NCBI GenBank assembly: GCA_963769025.1
Contig: CAVYKI010000002.1
Location: 1 to 64,000 of the forward strand
From: an uncultured Verrucomicrobiae bacterium
GTDB lineage: Bacteria > Verrucomicrobiota > Verrucomicrobiia > Chthoniobacterales > Chthoniobacteraceae
Direction: 5' to 3'
DNA length: 64,000 nt
Below, piece by piece: positions 34,963 to 48,076 of the stretch (position 1 is its first letter; every line of letters begins with the position of its first letter). The notes under the pieces are model-generated. The model was given only the letters and a program-made list of their open reading frames with translations, did no database searches and was not told the origin of the DNA. The translations under genes and the position numbers were made by a program.

Positions 34963-36278
34963 AGGACACACCCATCAAGCCCATCGTCTGCGGCACGGAC
35001 TTTTCCGAATGCGCGGCGCAAGCCGCCACCGTGGCCGACGCGCTCGCGCGGCGGCTGGACGCTCCGCTCGTTCTTGCCCGCAGCGCGGATGAGCGCGGTG
35101 CGTTCCCCGAGCACCTGCGCACGCGCCTCGTGAATGAAGATCGCCCGCGGCTCGCGGAGCAGGCGGATCGGTTGCGCGGCCTCGGCCTGGCCTTCGAGGA
35201 AAAGCTCCTCCGCGGCGTGCCGGATGACGGCGTCGCGGCCTTCGCCGGGCAGGCAGGCGCACAACTCGTGGTCGTCGGCGCATCCGGCAAGGGTTCGGCG
35301 TGGGCTGGGCGCTGGGTGCTCGGCAACATCGCGGAACGAATCGCCGAAACGTCATCCGTGCCGACGCTGGTCGTGCGTGCGTCGGAAAAGTTGCTGGACT
35401 GGACGCGTGATGGACGTCCGCTGAAGGTTTTCATCGCGGTGGATTTCACGGCGACCTCCGAGGCGGCGCTGCGCTGGCTTGCGGACTGGCGGCAGATCGG
35501 GCCGTGCGAGATCACGCTCGGCTACGTCCATCGCCTGCCGGAACCGCGGGGCGATATCGCGATGTTCGAGGGACTGGGAATGACCGCCATGACGGCGAAA
35601 ACCCGCGAGGAACTGGAGCGCGATCTCCGCGAGAGGGCGGTGCGGCTGCTCGGCGTGGAGCCCGCGATCCGCGTGGTGCCGGCATCGGCGCGGGTGGACG
35701 CGCACCTCATCCAGCTCGCCACGGAAGCGGGGGCGGATCTGCTCGTGCTCGGCGTGCATCAATGGCACGGCCTGCAGCGCGTGTGGCACGCGTCCATTTC
35801 GCGGCGCATCCTGCATCACGCGCCGATGAGTGTCGCCTGCGTGCCGGTGCCGACCGCGCAACGCGGCGCGGCGGCGTCCATCCCGACATTTGATCGCGTG
35901 CTCGTGGCGACGGATTTTTCCGAGCGCGCCGGCCACGCGATTCCCTACGCGTATGCTGCGCTGTCGCGCGAAGGCGCGGTGTGCCTCGTCCACGCCATCA
36001 AGCCGGGCGAGGTGAAAGGTGATTCGGAGGCGCGACTTCGCGCACTCATTCCCGCCGAAGCCGAGGAGCGCGGGGCAACGACCGAAACGCGGATCATCGA
36101 GGCTGGCGATGCGGCAAAAGCGATTTGCGAGGCGGCGGAACGGTTCGGCACGGACCTCGTGTGCATCGGCTCGCATGGCCGCTCCGGCCTGGCGGCGGCG
36201 GTGATGGGTTCGGTCGCCCAGGCAGTCATCGCCCGAAGCCCGCGCCCCGTGCTCGTCGTCCGCCCGCCGCTGCCGTGA
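34959..36278 (+). CDS. Universal stress protein, three USP domains
   Basis: IVCGTDFSE, FIAVDFTA, VLVATDFSE; GSHGRSG...GSVAQAV. Confidence 0.92.
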   Translation: MKDTPIKPIVCGTDFSECAAQAATVADALARRLDAPLVLARSADERGAFPEHLRTRLVNEDRPRLAEQADRLRGLGLAFEEKLLRGVPDDGVAAFAGQAGAQLVVVGASGKGSAWAGRWVLGNIAERIAETSSVPTLVVRASEKLLDWTRDGRPLKVFIAVDFTATSEAALRWLADWRQIGPCEITLGYVHRLPEPRGDIAMFEGLGMTAMTAKTREELERDLRERAVRLLGVEPAIRVVPASARVDAHLIQLATEAGADLLVLGVHQWHGLQRVWHASISRRILHHAPMSVACVPVPTAQRGAAASIPTFDRVLVATDFSERAGHAIPYAYAALSREGAVCLVHAIKPGEVKGDSEARLRALIPAEAEERGATTETRIIEAGDAAKAICEAAERFGTDLVCIGSHGRSGLAAAVMGSVAQAVIARSPRPVLVVRPPLP

Positions 36279-36406
36279 CCGTTTTTCAAATCCAAACTCC
36301 ACCATTCCCATGAAACGCCAACCCATCGCCAAATCGAAAGCGCGCAAAGCCGCGCGCGCCTGGCCCGACGCCTTGGAAACGCCGCGCCGTGGCCAATCCT
36401 GATGCC

Positions 36407-37330
36407 ATGAAAACCATCGTCATTGCCTACGACGGCTCGGAGTGCTCCGAGGCCATCTTCACCGAACTCCAGCACGCCGGTCTGCCGCCCCGACTGGACG
36501 CGCATGTGGTGGCGGTCGCCGAACTGTGGGCAGCCATTGCGACCGATCCGGGCATGTGGGCGCCCATGTCGGCGGACCCCCCGTTTGTGCGCTCCTCCGA
36601 GACGGAGAAGCTGGAGGCGATGCGCCGCGCAGGCGCGCTCGCCGGACGGGGAGCCGCGCATTTGCGGGCGGCATTTCCAGCATGGTCAGTGGTGCCGGAG
36701 GGACCGGTCGGCTCGGTGGCGAACGCAATCGTGCAGCGGGCGCGGGAAGTTTCTGCGGATTTGATCTTCGTCGGCTCGCACAGCCGCTCCGCAGTCGGGC
36801 GTTTCTTCCTCGGCAGCGTCTCGCAGAAAGTCGCCTCAGAGGCGAAATGCTCGGTGCGCATCTGCCGCCCGCGTCCGTCTTCGGGAACCGCGCCGCGGCT
36901 GCTGCTGGCGGTGGATGGTTCGGCGCCGTCGGAAGCCGCAGTGCGCGCCGTGGCTGAACGCACATGGCCTGCGGGCACTGCGGTGGCGGTGATCAACGTC
37001 ATCGAGCCCCGGCTCCGGGCGGAGGTGGGCGACCTTCCACCGGAATATGCCGTCGAAATCCTGCGCCAGCATGAGGCGAGGATCGACTGGCTCGAAGCGA
37101 TGGGAACCGCCGCGCACCAACTGCTCGAACGCGCCAGCCTCGTTCTCGAACGTCAAACGCTCGACGGTGAACCAAAGCACACACTGCTCGAATGGGCGGA
37201 ACGCTGGAACGCGGACTGCATTTTCATCGGCGCCTCCGGCCTTCAGCACCCCGACAGCAAAACGCTCGGCACCGTGGCCTCCGCCCTGGCCGTGCGCGCC
37301 CATTGCTCGGTGGAGATCGTGCGCCAATGA
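36407..37330 (+). CDS. Universal stress protein, two USP domains
   Basis: IVIAYDGSE, GSHSRS...LGSVSQKV, LLAVDGS, CSVEIVR. Confidence 0.92.
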   Translation: MKTIVIAYDGSECSEAIFTELQHAGLPPRLDAHVVAVAELWAAIATDPGMWAPMSADPPFVRSSETEKLEAMRRAGALAGRGAAHLRAAFPAWSVVPEGPVGSVANAIVQRAREVSADLIFVGSHSRSAVGRFFLGSVSQKVASEAKCSVRICRPRPSSGTAPRLLLAVDGSAPSEAAVRAVAERTWPAGTAVAVINVIEPRLRAEVGDLPPEYAVEILRQHEARIDWLEAMGTAAHQLLERASLVLERQTLDGEPKHTLLEWAERWNADCIFIGASGLQHPDSKTLGTVASALAVRAHCSVEIVRQ

Positions 37331-37373
37331 CCGTCGCACCATTTCTCGAAGAACAACACAACCCAACAGCCCC

Positions 37374-37706
37374 ATGACGACGAACAGCAAAGCGAAAACC
37401 AAAAAGACCGGCGCATCAGCCACCGGTGCAGCCCGCCAAATCAAGCCGATCCGTCTGAGCCTGCATTGCCCGGAAGCCCACACCGTCTGCCTCGCGGGCA
37501 GCTTCAACGACTGGCAGCCCGATCATCTCCAGAGCGACGCCGAGGGGGAATGGAGCGTCGAACTGAGCCTGCCCCCCGGCGACTACGAATACCTTTTCGT
37601 CGTGGACGATCGCTGGCTGCCCGACCCCGCGGGCGCGGAGAGCCGCCCCAATCCCTTTGGTGGCGAGAACTCCGTGCTGCACGTGCCGGGCGCAGAGCCG
37701 CAGTAA
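37374..37706 (+). CDS. Glycogen-binding CBM48 / AMPK-beta-like single-domain protein
   Basis: VCLAGSFNDW, LPPGDYEYLFVVDDRWLPDP, NPFGGENSVL. Confidence 0.88.
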   Translation: MTTNSKAKTKKTGASATGAARQIKPIRLSLHCPEAHTVCLAGSFNDWQPDHLQSDAEGEWSVELSLPPGDYEYLFVVDDRWLPDPAGAESRPNPFGGENSVLHVPGAEPQ

Positions 37707-37719
37707 CGCACGCACTCTC

Positions 37720-38445
37720 ATGACCACGCCGCCAAAGAAGTCCAAACCCGCCCGCGCATTGATGGACGGCGCGAAACGCGCCCGTCTCAAACGGAGGCTG
37801 GCCGCGCACGAGAACGGACGCTGCCGGATCGTGCTCACGGGCGGTCCCGGCGGCGGGAAGACCACGGCCGCGGATCTGTTTCGCCGGGAAATTGGCGAGC
37901 GCGTGGTCATCGTCCCGGAGGCCGCCACGCTGGTTTTTTCGGGCGGCTTCCCCCGCTGCACGGCGAGGCCCGGCATCCTCGCGGCCCAGCACGCCATCTT
38001 CCATGTGCAGCGCAATCTGGAGGATGTGCAATCCTCGCGCTACCCGGATCGCATCCTCCTCTGCGACCGCGGCACCGTGGACGGTGCGGCTTACTGGCCC
38101 GGAGCTCCGCACGAATTTTTCGCCACGCTCGGCACCACGCTGGAGCACGAGCTCGCGCGCTACGATGGCGTGATCTTTTTTGAAAGCGCGGCAGTCGGCG
38201 GCATGCGCATCGAGGGCGGCAACCCCGTGCGCAACGAGTCCATGGAACAGGCCGCTGCGCTCGATGCAAAGCTGCGCAGTCTGTGGGCGCATCATCCGCG
38301 CTTCGTCCTCGTGAGGCACAACCCTTCGTTCTTTAAGAAGATCAGCTTCGGCCTCGCCGAACTCGACACCATGGTGGCCGAACTCGCCGCCCGGCGAAGC
38401 TCCGCGACGGCAGGAAAACCAAACCGACAACTTAAAAAATCATGA
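37720..38445 (+). CDS. AAA_28 / NadR-like P-loop kinase
   Basis: IVLTGGPGGGKTT, VPEAA, ILLCDRGTVD, NPVRNES. Confidence 0.8.
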   Translation: MTTPPKKSKPARALMDGAKRARLKRRLAAHENGRCRIVLTGGPGGGKTTAADLFRREIGERVVIVPEAATLVFSGGFPRCTARPGILAAQHAIFHVQRNLEDVQSSRYPDRILLCDRGTVDGAAYWPGAPHEFFATLGTTLEHELARYDGVIFFESAAVGGMRIEGGNPVRNESMEQAAALDAKLRSLWAHHPRFVLVRHNPSFFKKISFGLAELDTMVAELAARRSSATAGKPNRQLKKS

Positions 38446-40859
38446 GCACATCCAAGTCACACCCGTTCATCAAATGGTTCGCCGACATCCGCATTGAGGA
38501 CGTTCCCTTGGTCGGCGGCAAGAATGCCTCGCTCGGCGAGATGGTGCGCGAACTCGCCAGCAAGGGCGTGAAGGTGCCCGACGGTTTCGCGATTACGGCG
38601 GAGGCGTTCCGACATTTCATCTGCGAGGCAAAACTCGACGAGCGCATCCGGGCGACGCTCTCGGACCTCGACACGCATGACATGGCGAATCTCAGCCAGC
38701 GCGGCCACGAGGTGCGGCAGGCCATTCTCGGCGCGGCGCTGCCGGCGGATTTGCAGGAGTTGATTGGGTCAGCTTATCGGCAGTTGCAGGGCGAAGCGAA
38801 GACGCCGCTCGATGTCGCGGTGCGTTCGTCGGCGACGGCGGAGGATTTGCCGGACGCGAGCTTCGCGGGGCAGCAGGAGACATATCTCAATGTCCACGGC
38901 ACTTCGGCGCTGCTGGAGACGTGCAAGCGCTGCTTCGCGTCGCTCTTCACCGATCGCGCGATCAGCTACCGCGTGGACAAGGGCTTCGATCATTTCAAGG
39001 TCGCGCTCAGCATCGGCGTGCAACGAATGGTGCGCTCGGACCTCGCGTGCTCGGGCGTGATGTTCACGATTGATACCGAGAGCGGCTTCCGCGACGCGGT
39101 GATGATCAGCGCCGCCTACGGGCTCGGCGAAAACGTCGTGCAGGGCTCGGTGACGCCGGACGAATACACGGTCTTCAAGACCACGCTGAAGACCGGGCAT
39201 CGGCCCATTCTGCAAAAGACGATCGGGAGCAAGGAATTCAAACTCATCTACGACACCGGCGGCGGAAAGATGGTGAAGAACGTACCCGTCGCGGCGGGTG
39301 ATCGTGCGAAGCTCGCGCTCACCGATGACGAGGTGCTGGAACTCGCGCGCTGGGCCTGCATCGTCGAAGACCACTACTCCGCCAAGCGCGGCCAGCACGC
39401 ACCGATGGACCTGGAGTGGGCGAAGGACGGGCACACCGGCGAGCTTTTCATCGTGCAGGCGCGGCCCGAGACCGTGCAGTCGCGCAAGGATCTCGACGTA
39501 CTCGAGACGTATCGCCTCGAAAAACGCAGCACGGTGCTCGCGAGCGGGCGCGCCGTGGGCGCAAAGGTCGCCACCGGCAAGGTGCGCGTCATCCAGAGCG
39601 TCGCGCATATCGGGCAATTCCAGGCGGGCGAAGTGCTCGTGACCGACAAGACCGATCCCGACTGGCAGCCGATCATGAAAAAGGCGGCGGCCATCATCAC
39701 CAATCGCGGCGGACGCACCTGCCATGCCGCCATCGTGAGCCGCGAACTCGGCGTGCCCGCCATCGTCGGCACCGAGCACGGCACCGAGGCGCTGAAGGAC
39801 GGCCAACTGGTCACCGTGAGCTGCGCGGAAGGCGACACGGGCTTCGTCTATGAGGGCGAGCTGCCGTTCGACGTGGAGCGCACGGACCTCAAGTCGCTCG
39901 GCAAGCCGCGCACGAAAGTGATGATGAACCTCGCGAACCCCGAGGAGGCGTTTGCGATTTCCTTCATCCCGAATGAAGGCGTCGGCCTCGCGCGGATGGA
40001 GTTCATCATCAGCACGTATATAAAAATCCATCCGCTCGCGCTAATTGACTTCGCGAAGCTCGCCGACGCGGGTGCGAAAGCGGAAATCGAGAAGCTCACC
40101 GCGGGCTACAGCGACAAGCCGCAGTTCTTCGTGGACAAGCTCGCGCAGGGCGTCGCGATGATCGCCGCCGCGTTCCATCCGAAGGACGTGATCCTGCGGC
40201 TGAGCGATTTCAAATCGAACGAATACGCGAACCTCATCGGCGGCAAAGCGTATGAGCCCAGCGAGGAGAATCCAATGATCGGCTTCCGCGGTGCGAGCCG
40301 CTACTATCATGAGCGCTATCAGGCCGGCTTTGCGCTGGAATGCCGCGCGGTGAAAAAGGTTCGCGATGAGATGGGTCTCACGAACCTCAAGCTGATGATC
40401 CCCTTCTGCCGCACCATCGAGGAAGGCCAGCGCGTGCAGGTCGAGATGGAAAAGCACGGACTCAAGCGCGCCCAGGACGGGCTGGAGATTTACGTGATGT
40501 GCGAGATCCCCAGCAACGTCATCCTCGCGGAGGAATTCGCCGACATCTTCGACGGCTTCAGCATCGGTTCAAATGATCTCACGCAGCTCATCCTCGGCGT
40601 GGACCGTGACAGCGAGATCGTCGCGCCCATTTTCGACGAACGAAACGCGGCGGTGAAAAAGATGATCGCGCAGGTCATCGCCACCTGCCGCGCGAAAGGC
40701 CGCAAGATCGGCATCTGCGGCCAGGCCCCGAGCGATTACCCGGAGTTCGCGCAGTTCCTCGTCGAACAGGGCATCGACAGCATCTCGCTCAATCCCGACA
40801 CCGTGCTGAAGACGACTCTGGCGATTTTGGAGACTGAGGCACGGACGAAGGGCGCGTGA
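38442..40859 (+). CDS. ppsA: Phosphoenolpyruvate synthase
   Basis: GGKNASLGEM, AVRSSATAEDLP, GGRTCHAAI, ENPMIGFRGA, FSIGSNDLTQ, GICGQAPSD. Confidence 0.98.
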   Translation: MSTSKSHPFIKWFADIRIEDVPLVGGKNASLGEMVRELASKGVKVPDGFAITAEAFRHFICEAKLDERIRATLSDLDTHDMANLSQRGHEVRQAILGAALPADLQELIGSAYRQLQGEAKTPLDVAVRSSATAEDLPDASFAGQQETYLNVHGTSALLETCKRCFASLFTDRAISYRVDKGFDHFKVALSIGVQRMVRSDLACSGVMFTIDTESGFRDAVMISAAYGLGENVVQGSVTPDEYTVFKTTLKTGHRPILQKTIGSKEFKLIYDTGGGKMVKNVPVAAGDRAKLALTDDEVLELARWACIVEDHYSAKRGQHAPMDLEWAKDGHTGELFIVQARPETVQSRKDLDVLETYRLEKRSTVLASGRAVGAKVATGKVRVIQSVAHIGQFQAGEVLVTDKTDPDWQPIMKKAAAIITNRGGRTCHAAIVSRELGVPAIVGTEHGTEALKDGQLVTVSCAEGDTGFVYEGELPFDVERTDLKSLGKPRTKVMMNLANPEEAFAISFIPNEGVGLARMEFIISTYIKIHPLALIDFAKLADAGAKAEIEKLTAGYSDKPQFFVDKLAQGVAMIAAAFHPKDVILRLSDFKSNEYANLIGGKAYEPSEENPMIGFRGASRYYHERYQAGFALECRAVKKVRDEMGLTNLKLMIPFCRTIEEGQRVQVEMEKHGLKRAQDGLEIYVMCEIPSNVILAEEFADIFDGFSIGSNDLTQLILGVDRDSEIVAPIFDERNAAVKKMIAQVIATCRAKGRKIGICGQAPSDYPEFAQFLVEQGIDSISLNPDTVLKTTLAILETEARTKGA

Positions 40860-40876
40860 GTGCGTGAGCGGGTCGC

Positions 40877-41659
40877 CTACGGAGTGAGAAGCGCGCCCGC
40901 GTTTCTCCACAACATGTAGGCGGCGACGAGCCACATCCCGGCGGCGAAGACCTGCCGCAGTCGGGAAGCCGAAAGCCGCGTGCGAAGTCCCGAACCCGCG
41001 AGCATTCCGGCGAAGCTGCCGGCGACGAAGAGCGCGCTGAGCAGGGGCGGAAAGTGTGCCCCGTGCAGCAGGTGCGCGGTGACGCCGGAGATGGCGATGA
41101 GGAAAATGACGAGCAGCGACGTCGCAACCGCGCGGTGGATCGCCATGCCGGTGACGAAAACGAGCGCGGGCACAATGATGAAGCCGCCGCCCACGCCGAA
41201 AAGTCCCGAGAGCACGCCCGCCGACGCGCCCGCGCCAATCAGCCGCGCGTAGCAGCCGGGGTGCAGTTTGCCATCGCCGCGCGCGACACACGGGCCGGTG
41301 GCGAGCGCGTCGCCGCTGCGGCCCGCCCACATGCGCCAGCCCACGACGAGCATCAGCAGCGCAAATGCGGTGAGCACCAGCGCGGGCGCGAGGTGTCTCG
41401 CGAGCGCGGCACCGGCGGGTGCGAGCGCCATGCCTGCACCGGCGAAGACGAGGCCGGAGCGCCATTCGAGATCGCTCCGGCGCAGCGTGGCGCCAAAGCC
41501 GGCGGTGAGACCCACGGCGGCGAGACTCAGCCCGGCGGCGGTGCTGACCGGCTGGCCCAGGCCGTAGATGAGCAGCGGCACGGCAAAGATGGAGCCGCCA
41601 CCGCCGGTGAGTCCGAGCGAGACGCCGATGAGCAGTCCGAATAGCAGCGGCGCGAGCAT
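40877..41659 (-). CDS. TauE/SafE (TSUP) sulfite/thiosulfate exporter
   Basis: GLTGGGGSIFAVP and GLFGVGGGFIIVP duplicated motifs, AVATSL. Confidence 0.9.
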   Translation of the reverse strand: MLAPLLFGLLIGVSLGLTGGGGSIFAVPLLIYGLGQPVSTAAGLSLAAVGLTAGFGATLRRSDLEWRSGLVFAGAGMALAPAGAALARHLAPALVLTAFALLMLVVGWRMWAGRSGDALATGPCVARGDGKLHPGCYARLIGAGASAGVLSGLFGVGGGFIIVPALVFVTGMAIHRAVATSLLVIFLIAISGVTAHLLHGAHFPPLLSALFVAGSFAGMLAGSGLRTRLSASRLRQVFAAGMWLVAAYMLWRNAGALLTP

Positions 41660-41666
41660 TGCCGTC

Positions 41667-43083
41667 TCAGTGGGTCAGCGCGTGCTCATTCGCGATGCGT
41701 TCGCAGTCGGAGCAGGTGCCGTCCACATGCACGACGTCGAACGCTTCCGCGAGCAGGAATGACGCAGCGAGCGAGGCGCGCTTGCCCGAGCCGCAGTGGA
41801 TGTAGAGCCGATGCCCGCACGGCACTTCGCCGAGCCGCGCCTTGAGCCGCGTGTAGGCGATGTTCACCGCGCCCTCGAGATGGCCGACGGCAAACTCCGA
41901 GGCGTTGCGCACGTCGAGCACGAGGCCGCCGTCGAGCGCGGTGCGATTCCACTGCGCGAACTCGATGCGCTCCGTGCGCGCAGTGAATTGCCCTTCGCTC
42001 GCGAGGTCGTCCACCAGCGCCCAGCCGCCGATGCGGTCGAAGCCGATGCGGTAGAGCTGGCGCGCGGCGTCTTCCACCGCGCTCTCCTTCTCGACGACCA
42101 GGAACACGTCGTCCTCCGGCGCGAGATACGAGCCGGAGGAGGTCGAGAAAAACGGCCCCGGCATCGGGGCGTGGAGCGCGCCGGGCAAATGTCCGGCGGC
42201 AAAGGCGGCGCGATCGCGCGCGTGTGTCGAGCACGCGGCCGGTCCACGTGTGCGCGTCGCTCTTCCGCGGCTGCGGCACACCGCCCGTGATGGCAATGCC
42301 ATCGCGGTTCACCTGCTTCATCCGCGCGAAGTAGAGCGGCGGCTCGGGCTGGCCGGAGAGGATGAATTTCACAAACTCCTCCTCGCTGCCGGTGAGCGCG
42401 CGGCGCAGCGCGCCGTTGAACTTCCGCTCGTAGCCGAGCGTGGACGACGGCACCGCGCCGAGCGCCTTGCCGCAGGCCGAGCCGGCACCGTGCGCGGGCA
42501 GGATTTGCAGGTGATCGGAAAGCGCGGCGAATTTTCGCAGGCTCGCGTAGAGCTGTCGCGCGCCGGGCTCCTGCGTGCCGGAGACGCCCGCCGCCTGCTC
42601 CAGCAGATCGGGCCGGCCCACGTCTCCGACGAAGATGAAATCGCCCGTGAACGCCAGCATCGGCTCGTCCGCGCCGCCGCCGATGTCGGTGACGAGATAG
42701 CTCACATGCTCCGGCGTGTGCCCCGGCGTATGCACGGCGGTGAACTCGATCTTGCCGACGCGAAACTTGTCACCATCGCGGAGCACGACGCGCCCCGCGT
42801 GGCCTTTCGCCCACTCGCTCTGCCAATGCGGGCCGCCTTCGCCGGAGACGTAAATTTTCAGCGCCGGATCGGCCGCCGCGAGTTCCTGCGCGCCGCTGAC
42901 GAAGTCGGCGTGAATGTGTGTCTCGGCGACGGCGGTGATGCGCAGTCCTTCCTGCGCGGCGATGGCGCGGTAGCGGTCAATGTCGCGCTCGGGGTCCACG
43001 AGGATGGCCTCGCCGGTACGCTGGCAGCCGACGAGGTAGGCGTATTGCGCGAGGTGCGGATCGAAGATTTGGCGGAGCAGCAT
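41667..43083 (-). CDS. CstB-like persulfide dioxygenase-rhodanese fusion (frameshift about 42230)
   Basis: ETHIHADF, HTPGHT, GDVGRPDL, PAHGAGSACGK loop, two rhodanese domains, last with HCGSGKRA. Confidence 0.9.
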
Positions 43084-43127
43084 GGGAGTGTGGAGTTGAG
43101 TGTTCGACTTCGTGAAAGGGCGGGAGA

Positions 43128-43712
43128 TCAGGCGCAGCACGAGGGCTTCGCTCCGTTCGCGGGAGAGCTGGCCGCGGACTTCGGCGCGCGATTCCACGGC
43201 GCCTTCGCGATCAGCAATCCCATGCCGCACCAGTCGGTGATGCCTGCAAACATCAGCCCGGCACCGACGAAACCAGCGAGCCAGATGAAGGCTGGGTTCA
43301 CGAACTGCGCGAGCAGAACACCGGTGAACACGATGGCACCCGCGGCAATGCGCACCTGTCGCTCGAGCGACATCACCTTGCGCCCGCGTTTGGCCGGAAG
43401 CCCGGCCTCCGACCAGGCGAGCATACCGCCTTCGAGAATGTGCAGGTTGGTCATGCCCGCCGCCGCGAGTTTCTCCGCCGCCTTCTTCGCGCGGGAGCCG
43501 CTGCGGCAGATGAGCACACATGCGTCCGCGGTCCGTGCTCACGGGCTACTGCGACGGGCTCGACTTCATCGAGCGGCACCAGTCGGGCGCCGTCGATGTG
43601 AAGTTCGCCGAACTCGATTGGCGTGCGGACATCGAGGAGGATCGGGTGATTCCCCGCGCTGGAGCGCCGCGGAAAGCTGCTGGGGAGAGATTGGAGCGGG
43701 AATGGTATTCAT
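43128..43712 (-). CDS. YgaP-like rhodanese + DUF2892 membrane sulfurtransferase (frameshifted)
   Basis: ICRSGSRA active-site loop, SLERQVRIAAG, FAGITDWCGM, PWN. Confidence 0.85.
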
Positions 43713-43740
43713 GACTTTGTTGATTGTGTTGAGTGGGCTG

Positions 43741-43773
43741 ATATACTTGAGCATATACGCAGTTACGAATATG
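43741..43773. promoter_or_regulatory. Overlapping ArsR-type operators in the divergent promoter
   Basis: ATATACT-TG-AGCATAT and CATATACG-cagtta-CGAATATG imperfect palindromes in an AT-rich 58-bp spacer. Confidence 0.6.
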
Positions 43774-44121
43774 GCAACAAAGAAACGCGCGAACCCAAAC
43801 AAACTCGACCGGGCAGCACTCGAACGGCTGGCGGAAATCTTCCGCGCCTTCGGCGACGCCACCCGCCTCGCGCTCCTGCAGGAATTGAAGAACGGCCCGA
43901 AGAACGTGGGCGAACTCCTGACCGCCACCGGGACCACGCAGGCGAATGTTTCCCGCCAGCTCAAACTCCTGCACGCCGCCGGCCTGCTGCACCGCACGGA
44001 GGACGGGCCTTACGTGCTCTACAGCATCGCGGACGACGTGGTGATGGAGATGTGCAATGCAGCCTGCCGGAAACTGAGCCGCGCCGTCGCTCACCATGGC
44101 ATACCGGAGTTTTTCAGTTGA
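43771..44121 (+). CDS. ArsR/SmtB-family repressor with C-terminal CxxxC
   Basis: FRAFGDATRLALL, TQANVSRQLKLL, EMCNAAC. Confidence 0.9.
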   Translation: MATKKRANPNKLDRAALERLAEIFRAFGDATRLALLQELKNGPKNVGELLTATGTTQANVSRQLKLLHAAGLLHRTEDGPYVLYSIADDVVMEMCNAACRKLSRAVAHHGIPEFFS

Positions 44122-44141
44122 CCGGCGCTCGGCAGCCATAT

Positions 44142-44263
44142 CCCGAGCGACTACCCGATTTGCGCAGTTCCTCATCGAGCAAGGCATCGCCAACCTCTCG
44201 CCCAATCCCGATACTGTGCTCGATATGAGGCTGCCCATCGTGACCGCCGAAGCTGTAAAATGA
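44142..44263 (+). pseudogene. Degenerate copy of the ppsA 3' end
   Basis: PSDYP / AQFLIEQGIANLSPNPDTVL versus ppsA PSDYPEFAQFLVEQGIDSISLNPDTVL; 50/60 nt identity in the core. Confidence 0.85.
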
Positions 44264-44266
44264 CTC

Positions 44267-46981
<2,715 letters not shown>

Positions 46982-46984
46982 ATC

Positions 46985-47984
46985 ATGATCACGACCTCCG
47001 TCTTCGACACCAAACCCTACGACCGTGAAAACCTCGCGCAGACAGCCGGCGCGGAGCGCATCACGTGGCGATTCCACGAATTCCGGCTGAGCGCCGAGAC
47101 CGCTCCGGCGGCCAAGGGAGCGCAGGCGGTGTGCATCTTCGTGAATGATCAGCCGGATCGTGCGTGCCTGGAGATTCTCGCTTCCCTCGGGGTGAAGCTT
47201 CTCGCGCTGCGCTGCGCGGGATTCAATAACGTGGACCTCGCCGCCGCGAAGTCCGCTCGGCATCGCGGTCACCCGAGTGCCGGCCTACTCGCCGCATGCC
47301 GTCGCCGAGCACGCCGTGGCGCTGCTGCTTACGCTGAATCGAAAAATCCACCGCGCATCGAACCGCGTGCGCGAGTTGAATTTCTCGCTCAGCGGCCTCG
47401 TCGGCTTCGACCTTCATGGCAAGACCGTCGGCATCGTCGGCACGGGCAAAATCGGACAGATCGCCGCGCAGATCTTTCGCGGCTTCGGCACCGAGGTGCT
47501 CGCCCACGATCCCTTCCCTGCGGTGGACTGGGCGGCCGAACACGCTGTCCGCTACGTGGATCTCGATACGCTGCTGGCGACGAGCGACATCATTTCGCTG
47601 CACGCGCCGCTGACCCCGGAAACGCTCCGCCTGCTCAACGAGAAGACGATTGCGCAGATGAAGCCCGGCGTCTTCATCGTCAATACCAGTCGTGGCAAAC
47701 TGATCGACACCAGCCCGCTCATCGCCGCGCTGAAGTCCGGCCATGTCGGCGGTGTCGCGCTCGATGTGTACGAGGAGGAGGAAGGCATCTTCTTCGAAGA
47801 CCTCTCCGGCCAGGTGCTGGCCGATGACGAACTTGCGCGCCTGCTCACCTTCCCAAACGTCCTCATCACCGCGCATCAGGCATTCCTAACGCGCGAGGCG
47901 CTTGGCGAGATCGCGCGCGTGACTGCGGCGAACATCCTCGCGTTCGAAAAAGCCGAGCCATTCCTGGAGGGAACCACGCTATGA
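46985..47984 (+). CDS. ldhA: D-lactate dehydrogenase / D-2-hydroxyacid dehydrogenase (frameshift about 47250)
   Basis: ALRCAGFNNVDL, PAYSPHAVAEH, GTGKIG, NTSRG, LDVYEEE, ITAHQAFLT. Confidence 0.9.
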
Positions 47985-48076
47985 AGCCACGCCGGGTCAC
48001 GGTCGCTCTTGCGTCAAACGCGCAAGGAGATGCTGTCGGACTTTGACCCCCAATCAGCCTTCGCCGACCATTCCGC

